This document shows, piece by piece, positions 1-14,400 of a DNA stretch of 64,000 nt; position 1 is the stretch's first letter; each line of letters begins with the position of its first letter. The notes beneath the pieces were generated by a model. That model searched no databases, had not been told where the DNA came from, and was given only the letters and a program-made list of their open reading frames with translations. The stretch comes from Narcine bancroftii (taxonomy: Eukaryota), in contig NC_091479.1 in the NCBI RefSeq assembly GCF_036971445.1, forward strand, positions 105,648,001-105,712,000, read 5' to 3'. A program made the position numbers and the translations under genes.

Positions 1-182
1 GTACATTGTACTTGTGTACGTGACAGTAAATGTATTCATTCAGAGAACTCGCAGAATGATTGGGCCATGGGATTCAGCTCAGAGGGACTGGAATCTAATT
101 GAACCTTTGCTTGTCTTTTACTGCCAGTGCTACGGTTTGGGAATTTCTGTTGAATACAAGTATGTGGACTTTAATCTTTTAG

Positions 183-689
183 ATGGATGATTCCGAAGGG
201 ACGGTGAGACAGATTGGAGCATTCTCAGAGGGCATCAATAATCTCACAGTGAGTACATGGAACTTCTACTGAAAGTAACCAACTGTTTGAAATCTGCGTA
301 TCCAGTGTTCTTAATTTTTTTTTAATTTGGATGTACAGCACGGTAACAGGCCATTTCGGCCCACAAGTTAGTTTTGTCAAATTTACATCCCATTAACCTA
401 CAACCTCCAGTATGTTTTGAATGGTGGGAGGACATCCACGCAGACGTGGGGAGAATGTGCAAACTTCTTTCAGACAGCGCGGGATCCAGTCCCAATCGCT
501 GGCGCTGTAAAGGCTTTGCACTAACTGCTACGCCAACCATGACGTCCTGTAAATGTAACTCAATAGAAATGCGTCCACTTTGCTCTGATTTCATGGCCAG
601 TCCTTCCTTTCTGTTTGTAGCACATGCTGAAAGAGGACGAGCTGTTTAAAGATGTGAGAGTGAGCTCTCCCTGTGCCAGCATTGATTGA
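183..689 (+). CDS. PPFIBP1: Liprin-beta-1, last two coding exons (183-248, 621-689; homologous stop at 706-708 is out of frame)
   Basis: ag|ATGGATGAT...ACA|gtgagt encodes MDDSEGTVRQIGAFSEGINNLT; tgtag|CAC... encodes HMLKEDELFKDVRVSSPCASID*, with DEDSTV* in the +1 frame. Matches the recalled human liprin-beta-1 C-terminus (HMLKEDDMFKDFAARSPSASITDEDSNV). The gene begins upstream of the window. Confidence 0.88.
311..545 (-). mobile_element. tRNA-derived V-SINE/HE1-like SINE
   Basis: tRNA-like head, core AGTTTGCACATTCTCCCCACGTCTGCGTGG, AT-rich tail; same family as five other copies in the window. Confidence 0.8.
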
Positions 690-1965
690 TGAGGATTCCA
701 CTGTCTGACCATCACTCCAGGCCCAGCGTCTTCTCAGCGACTTCAGTCCAACACTACCAGATGAACTGCCTGCACTACTCAATGCCTTTTAGTAATACCT
801 TCCCTCATCGTGAACGCAAATGCACGAGGCACCGCCAAATATTTATTCTCATTTGGAACTGGAAAAATGTGGTGAAAATCCAATGATATTCATTGAACAC
901 ATTTCAAAATTCAATGGTTTGTGTACCCAGACCACATGGTGCTGGTTAATTTGATGAAGTTTTGAAAGCCGGGTCTGATTTTCATCAGGAATCAGAAGTT
1001 TGCAGTCTATTCTGCCCTCTGACGCCAACGAATACTTCAGAAGCAATATCTCAAGAATGCCTTAATAACCAAAAACAATGCCATTTTAATGATCCAATTA
1101 TTTTACATCATTAATCCTTTTCTACCACAATGTGAATTTTGTACCTTTTGTAATTTCTAAAGTGGCAGAGAAAAGGAATATTTTGTAATGTACATCTTTT
1201 GAATGGGGTTACTAATTAGTGCAATGATTTGTATCGATGTAGGGATTGTATTCCAGCTGGCCTGGCCTAATCCATGTAGAATTTATATGGTGCTTTACAG
1301 AATGGTGTCGGGGTTTGAGGTCTTAGTCGTTTTGTAACCCAAGTTACAAAAACTTGATTTGTCACAGCAGGCGCTGTTGCAGTTGGGATGGAATCGTGTT
1401 AGTTTTAAATTGTGGCACATTTTAAATGGTACAGATTGCATTGTGGGAATTGTTTCCATTTCTTAATCTTGAAGAGCAAGTGGAGAAGGCATGAAATTGA
1501 CCATTATAAACACTAACGAGCTTGATGACCATTGTGAACACTAACGAACTCATGCAAATTGATGCTTTTCATTTTGTTACCAAGTGCCCCAACCCCAGTT
1601 TGGATGAGTTGAATGAGGATTACATTTGAGATCGGTGTAACACTGAATCTTAGCACTCCAGCAGAGAATAATTCTGTACAGAAATACTGGTGGTTACTTA
1701 ACTCTGCAGTTAGAAGTGCAATTGCCCAAAGCCTGAGCAAGAATTGAGAACTATGAACATTGAATAGGTTCTGTCCTACCCACAACCAGATACTTGTGCA
1801 TCAATTACAACTCTAATCTTTGTACCTTAAAGATTTTTTATCCAAAACAGTTAATGATTCAAAATTAAAAATGCCCTTTATTTAAAGGCGTGAAAAAAGA
1901 AAAGGCTGTTTCTTCTCCTGACAGTGCCAAATGTATTTTTCTATATGCGTAGCTTTTATAAAAAA

Positions 1966-1971
1966 AATAAA
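1966..1971 (+). terminator. Candidate polyadenylation signal of PPFIBP1
   Basis: AATAAA at the end of a ~1.25 kb AT-rich, repeat-poor 3'UTR-like region; an alternative AATAAA lies near 2469. Confidence 0.45.
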
Positions 1972-4819
1972 ATATTAGGCATTGGGCTCACGGGGAAATC
2001 TGCATTCCCTGCCTAGTGGTCAAGACAACCTCAATGCCATCAGATCCTCTCCACATCCAATCTGTAGATCAATGTGCTTTCCATCAGTTTATTTATTCTG
2101 CCATATACATGTTGAGTGTTGGTGCAATGTTTTGTGGCATATTTGTGTATTTTAGAACATTTAACAGGATGATTTAAAAGATGTAATTGGGCCATTGTTT
2201 CAAACCTGTTGAAAACCAACATGTGACTCAGAACTTGGATGGAAGGTTTTGAGATCTCTGCCTTGTTGCTCATTATCACAGCATGAATATTGATAAATAT
2301 AAAATCCTGACAAGGCATTAGAACAGAGAGGGTGAATGTGTTAATTCCTTTGCCCTTAGCAGCACTTCCTGTCCTGAATCGTGAAAGCAGAATTGTGTAT
2401 AATCCATTAACCTACAGCAATACCTGCATTATATATCCACTGCCATCATGTGAATATTTCAACATAAAAATAAAGTCTTGCATAACATTTGAAATGGTTG
2501 CATTTAATGATGAATGGATCATTCAGCCTTGCCTGTGTTTAAGGATCTTGGAACATGCATTAAGCCCCTAGTGTAGAGTTCAAATTTCCTTTCCTGGCAA
2601 TAGGAAGAGCACACACCAATGTCTTACTTGGAGAGCCACGCAGAGACAGGTGGGAGTAGTCCTTGTTCTCTCAGTCATGCAGAAGATCATTGAACCTCAA
2701 ACTGTATCACCCAAGTCCCACATTGTCATTGATCAGGGGGGCAGGAGGGGAGATAGTGGGATGTTGGAGGTGGGCCGTGTGGAACCAGTACTGGTTCAAA
2801 AAGTATCTGTTTAGCATCGCCACAGCCTCCAGAGATGACAACCAACCAATCCTTCCCAAGCAGGGCCAGCATTAACCAGGGTGGTGACTGAGCTCCAAAT
2901 GCAGATTCCAAGCAAGCATTTTGCCAGCTGCAGGCAGTTACAGCAGAAGGGGAGAGTTGATCAAAGGCTCCGTGCCTTTCTGGTCAAGAGAGATCTTTTC
3001 CATCATCTCCAGGGGTACATTTATGCACTGGTTATACTATAAAACTGCTGTAGAGCTTGTGATCAGGCAATGCTGGCTGATCCCCAACAGTACTGCTCCA
3101 GACAATATCATTCAACAGAAGAGCCATTTAAATACTTTATTTTGCTCCATTAATACAAGTGGTGTGGTGCTGGACATTGCATTAACATATTACAAATGCT
3201 GTAGTACGAACTTTGTTAAAGCTAAGTAGTTAAAGTTTAAAACTAGAGGACAGCCAGCCACTCTCCGCTACCCACCTTGCTTCCCCCGCAGCATGGTGCT
3301 GTGTCTCAAGGGTCGTGTTGGTCATTCAAAAGACCCAAGGCTGACAGGCAAACAGAAGTGCACAGGAAGAGATTGGCTTGTATTTTTGCTGACCTGTCCA
3401 TTAAACATTGATTTCTCTCTTTCTTAATTCAGCTGTAAGAGATCTCAGCATTGTGTGGGAGCAAGCTACCTGCTGAAAACAGGGGGGAAACTAAAGAGGT
3501 GAATGTGGGCTTGATTTTAATATTTAAGAAGAATTTGGACAGGTACATGGATGGGAGAGGTTTGGAGGACTATGGACTGGGTGCAGGTCAGTGAGACCAG
3601 GCAGAAAAATGGTTTGGCATTGACTAGAAGGGCCTGTTTCTATGCTATGATGTTATATGAATAGGGAGGTGGAGGGGAGACAGGAAGGCTGTATGTTGTA
3701 CAAAGAGCATGATTTTGTGCAAGGCACTGATATAATCCAACCAGAAACTGGAGGTGGAAAGTGCAAGGATTTGTACTGAGGCATCTGGTGGCAAATGCAG
3801 CGCTTAAATCGCTAATGTGTATAGGTTGCAGGTATACAAGTGGGAGCAGATTGGCAAGTAGAATGAGTGCAGAGGGCTGACAGGCTGGTTCTGTGGAGTA
3901 CGATAGCGAGCTCTGACGTGTGTCGGCTCCCCTCTCCAGCTAATGTCAACCACATTCAGCGCAAGCTTTGCTCAGAAGATGCCTCTGAACAGATTTATAA
4001 ACCTTAGTTCTTATGGTGTAGGATATCACCATCAGTTTCCACTTTACAACCATTGCAGCAGGGAAATTCCAGGGCAAAGGGAACAATCCTGCTCGTCACA
4101 AATGTGCCAGAGGAGGAATCCTTGAAGCAGTTCCAGTGGAAGCATACTATCTGAATCTGTTACACATTTAATGGATAACCAAAGTTCAGCAAATTCTCCA
4201 GCTGACCCCACAGGATGCTGGAGTCGAGAGCAAAAACTAACCTGGGTCAGACCATTATCAGAGGAAGGCAGGACACAAGTTGTGACCCAATAGTGGGATC
4301 TGAAAGCCGATTGTCTCTCTGCCTCCATAGAATCTGCCAGACCCACTAGTTCCTCCCGCTGTTTGTTGTTCCTTCTGGAAAGCCCATATCCTGACGAAAC
4401 ATTCACCTGACATTGGTCTGGGAGTGATGTGAACAAGGAACAAATGTTGCAAACGCTCCCACGTGGGAAAAAGCAGTCTATTTGAATTCTCCTGTCGCCA
4501 CATCCCTCTCACAACATTCCCTGGGGCAGGAAAGCTTTGAGGGGGTTGTCCTTGGGTGGTCTAACCGTGATTCAGGAGTGAGACTGAAGCAATCCATCCA
4601 GATTTGGTCAGTCTCAGACAAGCCATAGAAGTTATTAAAAATTGCTTTAATCTCAATTTCAGATTGAAGCTGTGCCCAAATTCCCCACAGTGATCCTCTG
4701 GAAGTGAGCCACACACATCACTTGTGTAACAAGAGCTCTGGTGCCCTCCATCCTTTCATTCGCCTCTAATCCTCCAAGCCCACCACCCTTCAACCTGGCA
4801 GAACCTAAAGTCAAACAAT

Positions 4820-5065
4820 AGTAAAACACGAACATCTGCAGACACAGTGGTTGAAGTAAAAACGCTGGAGAAACTCAGCCCTTTAAAGACACATAATCAA
4901 CGTTTCAGACAAGCCCTTCAAGGTATGAACAAAATGTAAGTAGGCATGGGTGCATTTGCTCAAACCTTTAAGGGCTCTAGCCCAAAACATTGGATGTGTT
5001 TCTTTACCTTTGCCACATTAAGTAAAACCAGCTGAGTTTCTCCAGCATTGTTTAAAAGTTGAACA
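4820..5065. mobile_element. Penelope-derived inverted-repeat element
   Basis: GCTGGAGAAACTCAGC (4864) and its reverse complement (5031); similar architecture at 6490-6650, 11520-12440, 40470-40660, 54925-55150; related single arms at 8280-8680, 30240-30407, 44815-45390, 58215-58640. Confidence 0.6.
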
Positions 5066-5272
5066 CTAGCCCAGTATAAGTTCCCAAAGTCCGAGCATCT
5101 CGAACAGGGGAAAAATCCACCAAGCAGCAGTAGAGAGGACAAGCAGCCATGCCCATTTGCCCCAAAAGCTTGCCTTTCACTTTCAGCTGTAGTGATGGCA
5201 CTTTGATTAAGTATGTAGCTTATATAACATGGAAGGGAAACCCCAGCCACTACTGATCCCACTTCTGAACAC

Positions 5273-5445
5273 TCAAAATGTAAACCGCGCATCCTGGCTG
5301 TAGCCCAGTTTGTCCAGGTTTGGGTTACAGGCAAACTCTATCATTGGTGGAGGGCCACACATTAGAATGAGCACGTCATCTGCTGGTGGGGGCAGATGCT
5401 CCTGGATCATCTGTTCATTCACAAATCCCTCACTATACTTCCAGC
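5273..5445 (-). CDS. CYB5R3: CYB5R3 exon 9 (last coding)
   Basis: cag|[57 protein letters not shown]. Confidence 0.95.
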
Positions 5446-8400
5446 CTGAAAAATAGAATCAAAGTCACAATTAGAACATTTGTGCTTTCTGGTTCCAAGA
5501 AATCCCCAACCAACTCTGGATCACAGATCGATACAAGTCTTACTGGGATGGACTTCAGCCTCAAACCAACATTCAAACAAGCAACCATACCTTCAAATGT
5601 TTCCCCTCTGCTCAAGATCAGAAGTTAAAGGTGGTGAACACAGCTCCCCTTCATGGACACCATCTACATCTCCCACTGCCAGGAAAGCAACCAACATACT
5701 GAAGGACCCATCACACCCCGGACACATTCTTCATCCTCCCATCAGGGAGAAAACTTAAGAGTGAAAGCAGTTTTTTTCTCTGCAGGCATCAGGCTCCTAA
5801 ATGAACCCCACTTAGTGCTCTCATGCAGACCTTGCTTGGTGCTAAATTATTTTCCTTTTTATTATAACCTGCTGGTCTGTACTGGGTACTTTGTAACCAA
5901 GAACAACTTTCATTGGCGGTTGGGATAGATGAATGGGATTTCAGAAATCGGGAGGCATGTAGGGGGTTACAGGGTATAGTCCATAATGATCTCCAAGAAC
6001 TGCTGAGAATTGAGAACATTGCAACCTGACCCAAGGATCTTGCCAAAGTGTGCAGCACATTGAGAGACTATACCTTCAGGTGCTTTGTCCAAGGTGTACC
6101 ATATGATCACACGATGAGGATTCTCTGCCTCAATTTCTTCCAGTTCAGCTTGTAAAAGAATGTCCTTCTCACTCTGCAAAAGTTAAATAGCCCATTACAA
6201 CCTAATGCACAGCATTAACTCTGCCCCAAAACCAACAGAATTTTGCCTCCTACAACTCCATGATTAAGCGCCTTGTCCTTGGTGGGAATGGCCAAGAGAT
6301 TTCAACTTCAACCCCAATCCATACTCCTTGGTTCTGCTCCTCAGAGAAAGAACAGTTTGCTTTTCATTCACCTCAATCTCCCAAAGCCAACAAAGTAGAA
6401 AATACAAAAATTTGTACACAGCTCACATCTAGTGTGACATTGACGAGGTGATTTGGCCAAAAAGGTTATAGATACTGTTTCATCCTAAGGATGCTGGAAT
6501 CTGGGGTAACAACAGTCTGCTAGAAAAACTCAGCAAGTTGAGCAGTATCAGCAGGGATAGAAAATGAAGGGTTCCGGTCTAAAACGTTGACCGTTTGTTT
6601 TCTCCCTCTGATGCTACTCGACCTGCCGAGTTCCTCCAGCAGATTGCAGCTTCCTAAACCTTGCGCACCTGGGCCTGGAGGAATGTAAATATTGCAGTTG
6701 AACTCCAACAGGGCTCTGGGAAGGCTAAAGGGACCGTGAAATGTTCTTGATGGGTAGAATAACAAAATCCACAGGTATAGACATTAAACACAAGAGGATG
6801 ACTCAGGAGACAATCAGACCCCTCAAGGTGGAAGTTTGGAGTTGGAGAAAATGAGACAGGTACAAGGTGAGTGTTCACCTCGCTGTTTCCCAAGGAGAAG
6901 GACGTGGAGGATAACTTTAGGGCACTTTAAAATCAAAACACAGATAGTACTGGGTGTTTTGAGGAATGTTAGAGTTTACTGGGCCATTGACCAGATTGCT
7001 TCCTCACAAGGAATGGGAGAGCCTCTTCGCTCGCTGTGTAGACTCCACTGTTTTCAGCCACTCAACTTGGTCCTCCTACAAACACTACAATGCTGACAGA
7101 GGTTAGCAGTGAGCCAACCCACAGCTGCTAGGTGTTCCTCAACTTGCGTCTGTGTTCCGTTCTGACCAACTGGTCGTATCCCCGAAATAGACGTACATCG
7201 GAAATTCACTTTTATCCATGTTTATGAAATACAATATGGCAGCCACCAAGGCCAGCTCCTGCAAGAGGTTGGCCACCCTTGCCATACGCATTTTCCATAG
7301 ATAGGCCTGACTTTCACCTGTAAATGCATAATTTTTAGACTTTTTCATTATGGTTGCATGTACGGATGACGATGTTGCATAGGTGGTAAGTTAGGGAATG
7401 CCTGTATTGTTAGGACATTTCCCCAGACTGGACATCATCAGCTCCCTAGATCATCAACACAGCCCCCAGCCTGGAGTCACTGGACCGTGGGAGGAACAAT
7501 CCAGGTTAGTTGGCAAGGCTGGCGATTCTGCTCAAGGTGAATATGAGTCACATTGCTGACCTCTCCCATAGACAGAGTCTTACCTGGTTGGCAAACAATA
7601 GGTGACAGATCATGGGGTCACTGGGATCCTTCACAATCGCTCGGATCAGTTGCAGCATTGGGGTGATGCCTGGAAAGATTCAATCGCATGTCAGACCCAG
7701 CCACATGTATCAGACACCCGAGACGCAGGGTAGGCCGCTGGCTGTGGCAAACCTCAGAGGTTTCATATAGATTCAGGTGGAGGTTGCTTGGACACCGGGG
7801 AACTTCTCTGCTCTCAGAAAGAATACCCTCAAACCTGCCTAGCATCACCTGCAGAGGTGCAATGAAGGCCTGTGGTATGGCCATACCCCAGTGTGGTATT
7901 ACAACCCCAGGCAGAGACGGTCATCTCCCACTCACCGGTCCCACCAGCAATCATGCCCACTTTCTGAACCTTCTTGATCTTGGCTTCTGATTTCTTGTCA
8001 GCACAAATGGCAAATTGTCCTAGAAATAAAACATATAATCACTGAAGTCACAGACCCAGCAATCCTGTTCCAAGGCCGGGCTTCCCATCAAGCATCAAGT
8101 TGAGCACATGTGGCTGAGGCAGAGAAGCTACTGAGTTTCTGTGCCAGTACCTGGGGTTAGTGGAGTTGGGTACGATGGTCAAAATAGCCCCCCTAGTGGG
8201 CCAAAGGACCCGTTTCTCTATAACTGAGCTTCCAAGAGTTCACCCCACTGCCCTGGGACAACCTGTTTCATGCTAGGAAACAAAAACAGAAATGCTGGAG
8301 GAACTCGGGTGGTCTTGCAACATCCATAGGAGATAAGGATATGTTACCGATGTTTCGGGCCTGAGCCCTTCAAGGTACAAGCAAAAAGCAGGCAGGCCTC

Positions 8401-11400
8401 TCAATGAAGACAGAAAGGGTAGGGAGGAATCAAGATCATCACATAAAAGGTGTTAATTGGATATGATAAGAGGAAAGGTGAGGATTGATTTTGGTTCTGT
8501 GAAAGGAGTCAGGAAAAAGGGAAGAGAACTAGAGGGAAGGAGACGGCAGGTGGGGAGGGAGGGGTAATCACAGCATTTGCAGACTTTCACTACAAAGATG
8601 GAGAGCTGGGTTTTTGGAAACCGGAGAGGTCGATGTTAATGCCATCCGGATGGAATGTGCCCAGACGGAAGATGAGGAAGGAACATTTGTTATTGCAGCT
8701 CCTAAATCCCATGGCCCAGAACCCTCCACTGCTCAACGTGACCCAGCCAAGCGCAATACTGACTTGCCTTTTCCCTTGTAAACAAGCAGACCACTGGGTC
8801 CCCGAAAATCAATGGTGTCTTGCAGTCTCAGACTCTCCAGGTACTGGGACATCTTTCCTCCTTCAGGGTACTTTGGATTAACCCCTTTAAAGTAAACCTG
8901 AAACAGGGAATACGAGTTATGTTGTCTCTAGGGCAACAGGAGTGAACGCACAATCGATCACTGTCCCTAGACACTGCACTGGCCAGGGATCAATGACCCG
9001 CTGGGAACACATGCAATCTCTCAACAGCAAGACCTCTGCTCAGTTCCCCTCAGTGTTGGTCCAACCCGGTACTCAGAAACTCAACAGTCTCCATTCAACA
9101 AACACGGCTCATTGACTCTCCACATAGAGCCCCTCCCCTTCGCCCCTGTCTGAAACCTCTGCACCCGGACCCACATCACCTTTCCCTGTTGTCCCTCCCT
9201 GTCACCTCTGCACCCAGAGCCCCTGTCACCCCTCCCTGGATCCCCTATGATGTGCTGAGGGGGGGTGGGGGGGGGGGTTGATCAGATCATGTCAACTCTA
9301 AATGGTTGATTTTGGAGCATAGGTTCTGTGTGGAAGATGGTGATTCTGCTCAAAGGGTAGGACAGGCTGCTAGGACTCCCAGGGGTTTGGGGGTGGGATG
9401 GGGGGAGGATGAGGGATATCTGGCCCCTACATATCTGTTTTGGGGCCAGTTCCTGGTCAGGTTTCAGGGGGCATGCCAATATTAGTTTTAAGACAGATCT
9501 GTGACAACCATCACAGGGAGGCGTCCCTGAACCCTGGGTGGTGAATGGTGAGTAAAACACCCAGAGTGCCATGAACCAGGAGACACCTCCAGTCTATCAC
9601 GCCAATTAAACCTGGGGCAAGACTGCAGGGTTGGAACCAGGCCACAGTCTGTGCCAAGGCCAAGCGTCTGGGTTGTACAGGCTGTCTCCATGGTTACAGA
9701 AATAGCCAGAGACCAAGGCTGAGAGTGACGCAAGACCCAGATCAATCATTCACTCTGCTGCATTTGATTGGCCCTGTGCCAATAACCTCGGTGAAATGGT
9801 CAACACAAGTGACCAGTGTCGATGCAGGGGTCCAACACAAGTTCAGGAGTGGTGGTGGGGGGTGGGGGAGAGATGATTCCTGAAAACAGGATTTAGCCCC
9901 TCAGGACAGTGCAGGAGCATCTCCTCCCAAGAGGGTTTGAGACCGGGACTCGGGACACTCTCTCCCCCCCCCCCCCCCCAAGAAAGACCACCATTGGGGT
10001 CTCAGAGGACAGTGCGCTGAGCAGGCTGGTGGTTATTGGAGCTGGTCCTTGTGGCTACGTGAATCCCACTCATCGCCAGTTGTCAGTGAGAGGTCTCTGC
10101 AGTACAAAGGCTGAAGAGTTATCAGGGTGGACAGGAACCTGGAGTAGAGTTGACAATATGATCAGCTGGGAACCTGTTAAATGGCAGGATGGGATGAAGA
10201 GGCCTTGGTCTCCTGCTGTTCCCACCTTCCTCTCCCCACCGCTCCCACCCTCCCCCCCACCTCCACTTTCCTTTTTCCCCAAGAGGGGTTTGAGTTCCCT
10301 GGAAGAGGAAACACACTCCCCCAGTCCACACATGAGCTGATGGAGAGAGGACAATCCCACACCTTCAAATGGAGACGATTCCCCAACAGAACGGGGGTGG
10401 TCAGGGGGCTGAGGGGGAAGGGACCACAGACAGGGGGCAAGTCTTTACCTTGACCACTAGGTCTACGTATCCCTTATCATCATCGCTGGAGACAGGGGTG
10501 TAGGGCCTGACAACCAACTGGCCGTTGATCCTGGCCGACAGGTAAATGTGCTGCCCTGTAAGGAACAGAGGCCACATTGTGATTCAGTGCAGAACTCCAG
10601 CCTAGCTCCCACCTCCCCGGGCACCACTTATCCACTGCATCGCTGGCCCCAATGTCTCGTGTGGTCATGTATAGAGGCCAGTCAGTACGCTACACAACTG
10701 TGGGTGGGCAAGATCGAGGATCCCCCGACAGGCAGGGGTAAGACTCACCAATCGGCAGTCCCAGGATGTGATCCGGGGAAGGGAGAGCGAAGCAGAACCT
10801 TCTGGTGTCCCTGGTGATGACCTGGGGACAGAAACAGTCACACCTTCAAATTGCACCCATGGGCACAGCCCTTGCCAGGGGAAGTAGGTAACCGTGGGGG
10901 GAGGGGAGGCAGGGGGCGAGGACCCACACTGCCCCAGCTCTCTACCCCCCATTATCACCCTGGCCCACAGCACCGGACCCCACCGCTGATCAGCACAAGT
11001 GCAGAGTCCTCGAGCATAAACCCCCTCAGTAACTGGGGCATTCGGCCTACAGATGTGGACCACTCTGTGTGGGTGGGTGGTGTGAGGGGAGGTTGTCCAC
11101 CATCCCTGGAGTGAGGCACGTTCCGGGTCTGGAGCTCAGTCGATTAAAGTTCAGAAGATCATTGAACACATTCATCAAACCAACCAGTCACACTAAGCCA
11201 ATCAGAAACCCAGGCAGAAAGAGACCATTGAGCCCCTCTAGTCTTCTGCCTTGAGTGAGATACATCTCTCTCCACCATGGGTACACAGACATTTCTTTCC
11301 AGCCGATCCTTCCTACCCCAACCTGCTGGGCATTTCGGATGGTGTGGTAAAGCTGCTGCTACAGTGCAGTATGCAATGTAACTGCTACACCTACCTATTT

Positions 11401-14400
11401 AAATTCAACCTTTCTCCAGCAATAAAATGCAAGTTATGGTAAAGTAAATCATTAACTGACTTCTGATAAACTGCTTCCCACAATCTGCCATAAAACACCA
11501 AAGTCTGCAGAGCCCTGGTTGAAGTAATAACACGATGCTGGAGAAACTCAGCAGTTCAGTGTCCTTTATAACCAAGATTTTGGGCTTGAGCCCTTCATCA
11601 TGGGCACCATGGTTCACGCAACATCTTTACAGCGCCAGCGATCAGGACCAGGGTTCAAATCCCACACTGTCTGTAAGCAGTTTGTATGTTCTCCCCATGT
11701 CTGCACAGGATCTGGTTTCCTCCCACCCTTCCATAATAAAACATGCTGGGGTGAGAGTTAAAGGGGTGTATATTGAGCGGCACGGACTCAGGGCCCATTT
11801 GCTCTGTAACAGTGCTGTAGATCTAATTTTTTTCTCACAGATCACTTGAGCAAAATGTAGGGAGGTGCCTGAATATATAAATTGGAGGAGCTGTACCTGA
11901 TTTTCTGTCTGGCTTTAACACAGACTTCTCCAGTTTCTACTAGACCACTCCTCACTGTTCCTCTATTGCCCATCCCTTCATCTTCTTTCCTCCAGCTTTC
12001 CACCCTCCACATTCACTGAGCCATCTCCCCTCCCTCCCTTATCCACCTATGACCTCCTGCCCGTGGGCCTGTGCTCCACCACTCCCCTCCCTCCCTTATC
12101 CACCTATTACTTCCTGCCCGTGGGCCTGTGCTCCACCACTCCCCTCCCTCCCTCCCTTATCCATCTATTGCCCATGGGCCTGTGCTCCACCACACCCCGC
12201 CCTCCACCATTTTATCCATCTATTACCTCCCGCCCGTGGGCCTGTGCTCCACCACTCCCCTCCCTTATCCACCTATTACCTCCTGCCCATGGGTCTGTGC
12301 TCCTCCACACCCCTCCCCCCACCATTTTATTCAGGCTTAGCTTGATCAAACCAGAAATGTTGGTTCTGAATCTTTATCTTTGCTAATATAAGAGGACACT
12401 GTTACACCTGCTGAGTTTCTCCAGCAAAGTGTTCTTCCTACAAATTTTAACAAAGTTCAGAGAACAGTGGATGCGAGTTTCATGTTTCAATTATAGTGTG
12501 TGGTTCCACCAACGTGAACAGGTTTCCTTCCTTCATACTAATGCCCAGAGACACCTTGGGTCAAACAACCCTGCACATTGATATGAGCAACATCTATCCA
12601 AGTAGCACACAAATGATTAATGGTCCCTTCTCACCTCCCACTCGCTGGTGAAAAGGCTGCTCTGGTGTAATGATGAATGGCCATAGATGACCTGGCTTCA
12701 AGGATGAACAACATGGAGATGCTCCATTATTCCTTTCCACGGGTGAAGTCAGGGCTCAGGATCTGGGGGGGGGGGGGGGAGGTGGTGTGGTGTGGAATCT
12801 GTGACTGGAGTTATCACATGGAGAAAGCGGCGGCGCTACTGCCCCGGGAGAAAGTCAAGGACCCAACAATGGTGGAGAGCAGAAGATCAGTCTCTCTCCT
12901 TTACTGAAGGAGGGCATGGTCATGGTGCCTTGATATCCTCAAGTGGGGAAACAAGATTATTGATTAGTCATGGGAAATATACTAAGGGATGGGGTGTGCA
13001 CACATTTGCAATGGCATGTTCAGATTAGCATTGGTATACAGCTTTGCAAGGGACAGGTCATATTTGTGTTTATTATGGAAGTGACAAAGGGGTTGATGAG
13101 GGTAGAGACGTGATGTTGTCTATGTGGATGTTAAGGAGTTTGACAAACCCCCTCATAGCAGCCTGATCCAAAGGTACAGGTACATGGGATCTACAGTGAA
13201 TTGACAGTTTGAATACAGATTTGTCTGGTCTGTAGAAGAAGGACGTTATTCTAGCTATGGTTTCATGACCAGTGATGTTCCATCGGGATCAATGTTTGGA
13301 CCACTGTCATATTTATACATGACCAAGATGAAAAAGTAGGTGGGTGGGTTAGGAAGTGTGTGGATGATACAAAGATTAGTGGAGTTAGGCACAGTATAGT
13401 GGGCTATCAAAGAATATCACAGAATCTAGACCTGGCAGAGATGTGGCAGGCAGATCCATTTGTCAGGGCATTAAGCAAAAGAATACAGAGGTCGTGTAGC
13501 GATACAAAACTTTGGCCAGGCCACACTAGGGGAATTCTGTGTACATTTCTGGTTGCCCCCTTACAGGAAGGATGCTGCCTGGGTCAGAAGGAATGCTATG
13601 AGCACAAGCTTGGATTGTTTTCTCTGGAGCGTCAGAGGCTTTTTGCAGTTTATAAAACTGAGAAGCATCAATAGGATGGACAGTTAGGATCGTTTCACCA
13701 GGTAAAGGTGTCACACACTGTTGAATATGTTTGAGGGAAGGAGAGAAATTTAAAGGAGATGTGCAGGGTCAAATTTTTTTTTTTTAAACAGAGGGGTGGG
13801 TGCATCGAACGGACAGCCAGGCATGGTGGTGGAAGCAGACACAATGTTTAAGAGGCTGTTAGATAGAAACACAGACATGAAGGGGGTGGGGGATAAGGAG
13901 CAGGTGCAGGCAGCCAGTTTAGTACATACACTATTAGCTTGAATGGCCTGAAGCTGCAGGAAGAGTCATTCCGAGCCAAGCTGAGCTGAGTCATCACCGA
14001 TACATTCACATCTTCCAAAAGTCCTCCCCAACCTGCCTTTGACAGTGAACCTTCAGATCTTCCATTGGTCCTCCCCAAGAGGCTTCTCACACTCTTGTCC
14101 AACCCTGCCACAGGAATAGATCTCAAGGACATTGCTTCTTGGAAATCCTTGCCCATAGAACGGTCATTTTTCAGGATGGCTGGAGAACCAATTCCATGTG
14201 TCAAGAGCACCTGTTCCCAAACTACACCCTCCCTGCTGCATCCTGCCAGTCACCTCCCTCTCCATCCACAGGGGAGCTGAAAGTTCCAAACTACTTTGCC
14301 CAGAGCCACAAAGCACGGTGGGACCGTCACCCTAGATCCCCAGGAAAACCACAGAGCAGAAACTTCACTGCCGATCTCCCTCTGTCCACAGTTCAGAGAA

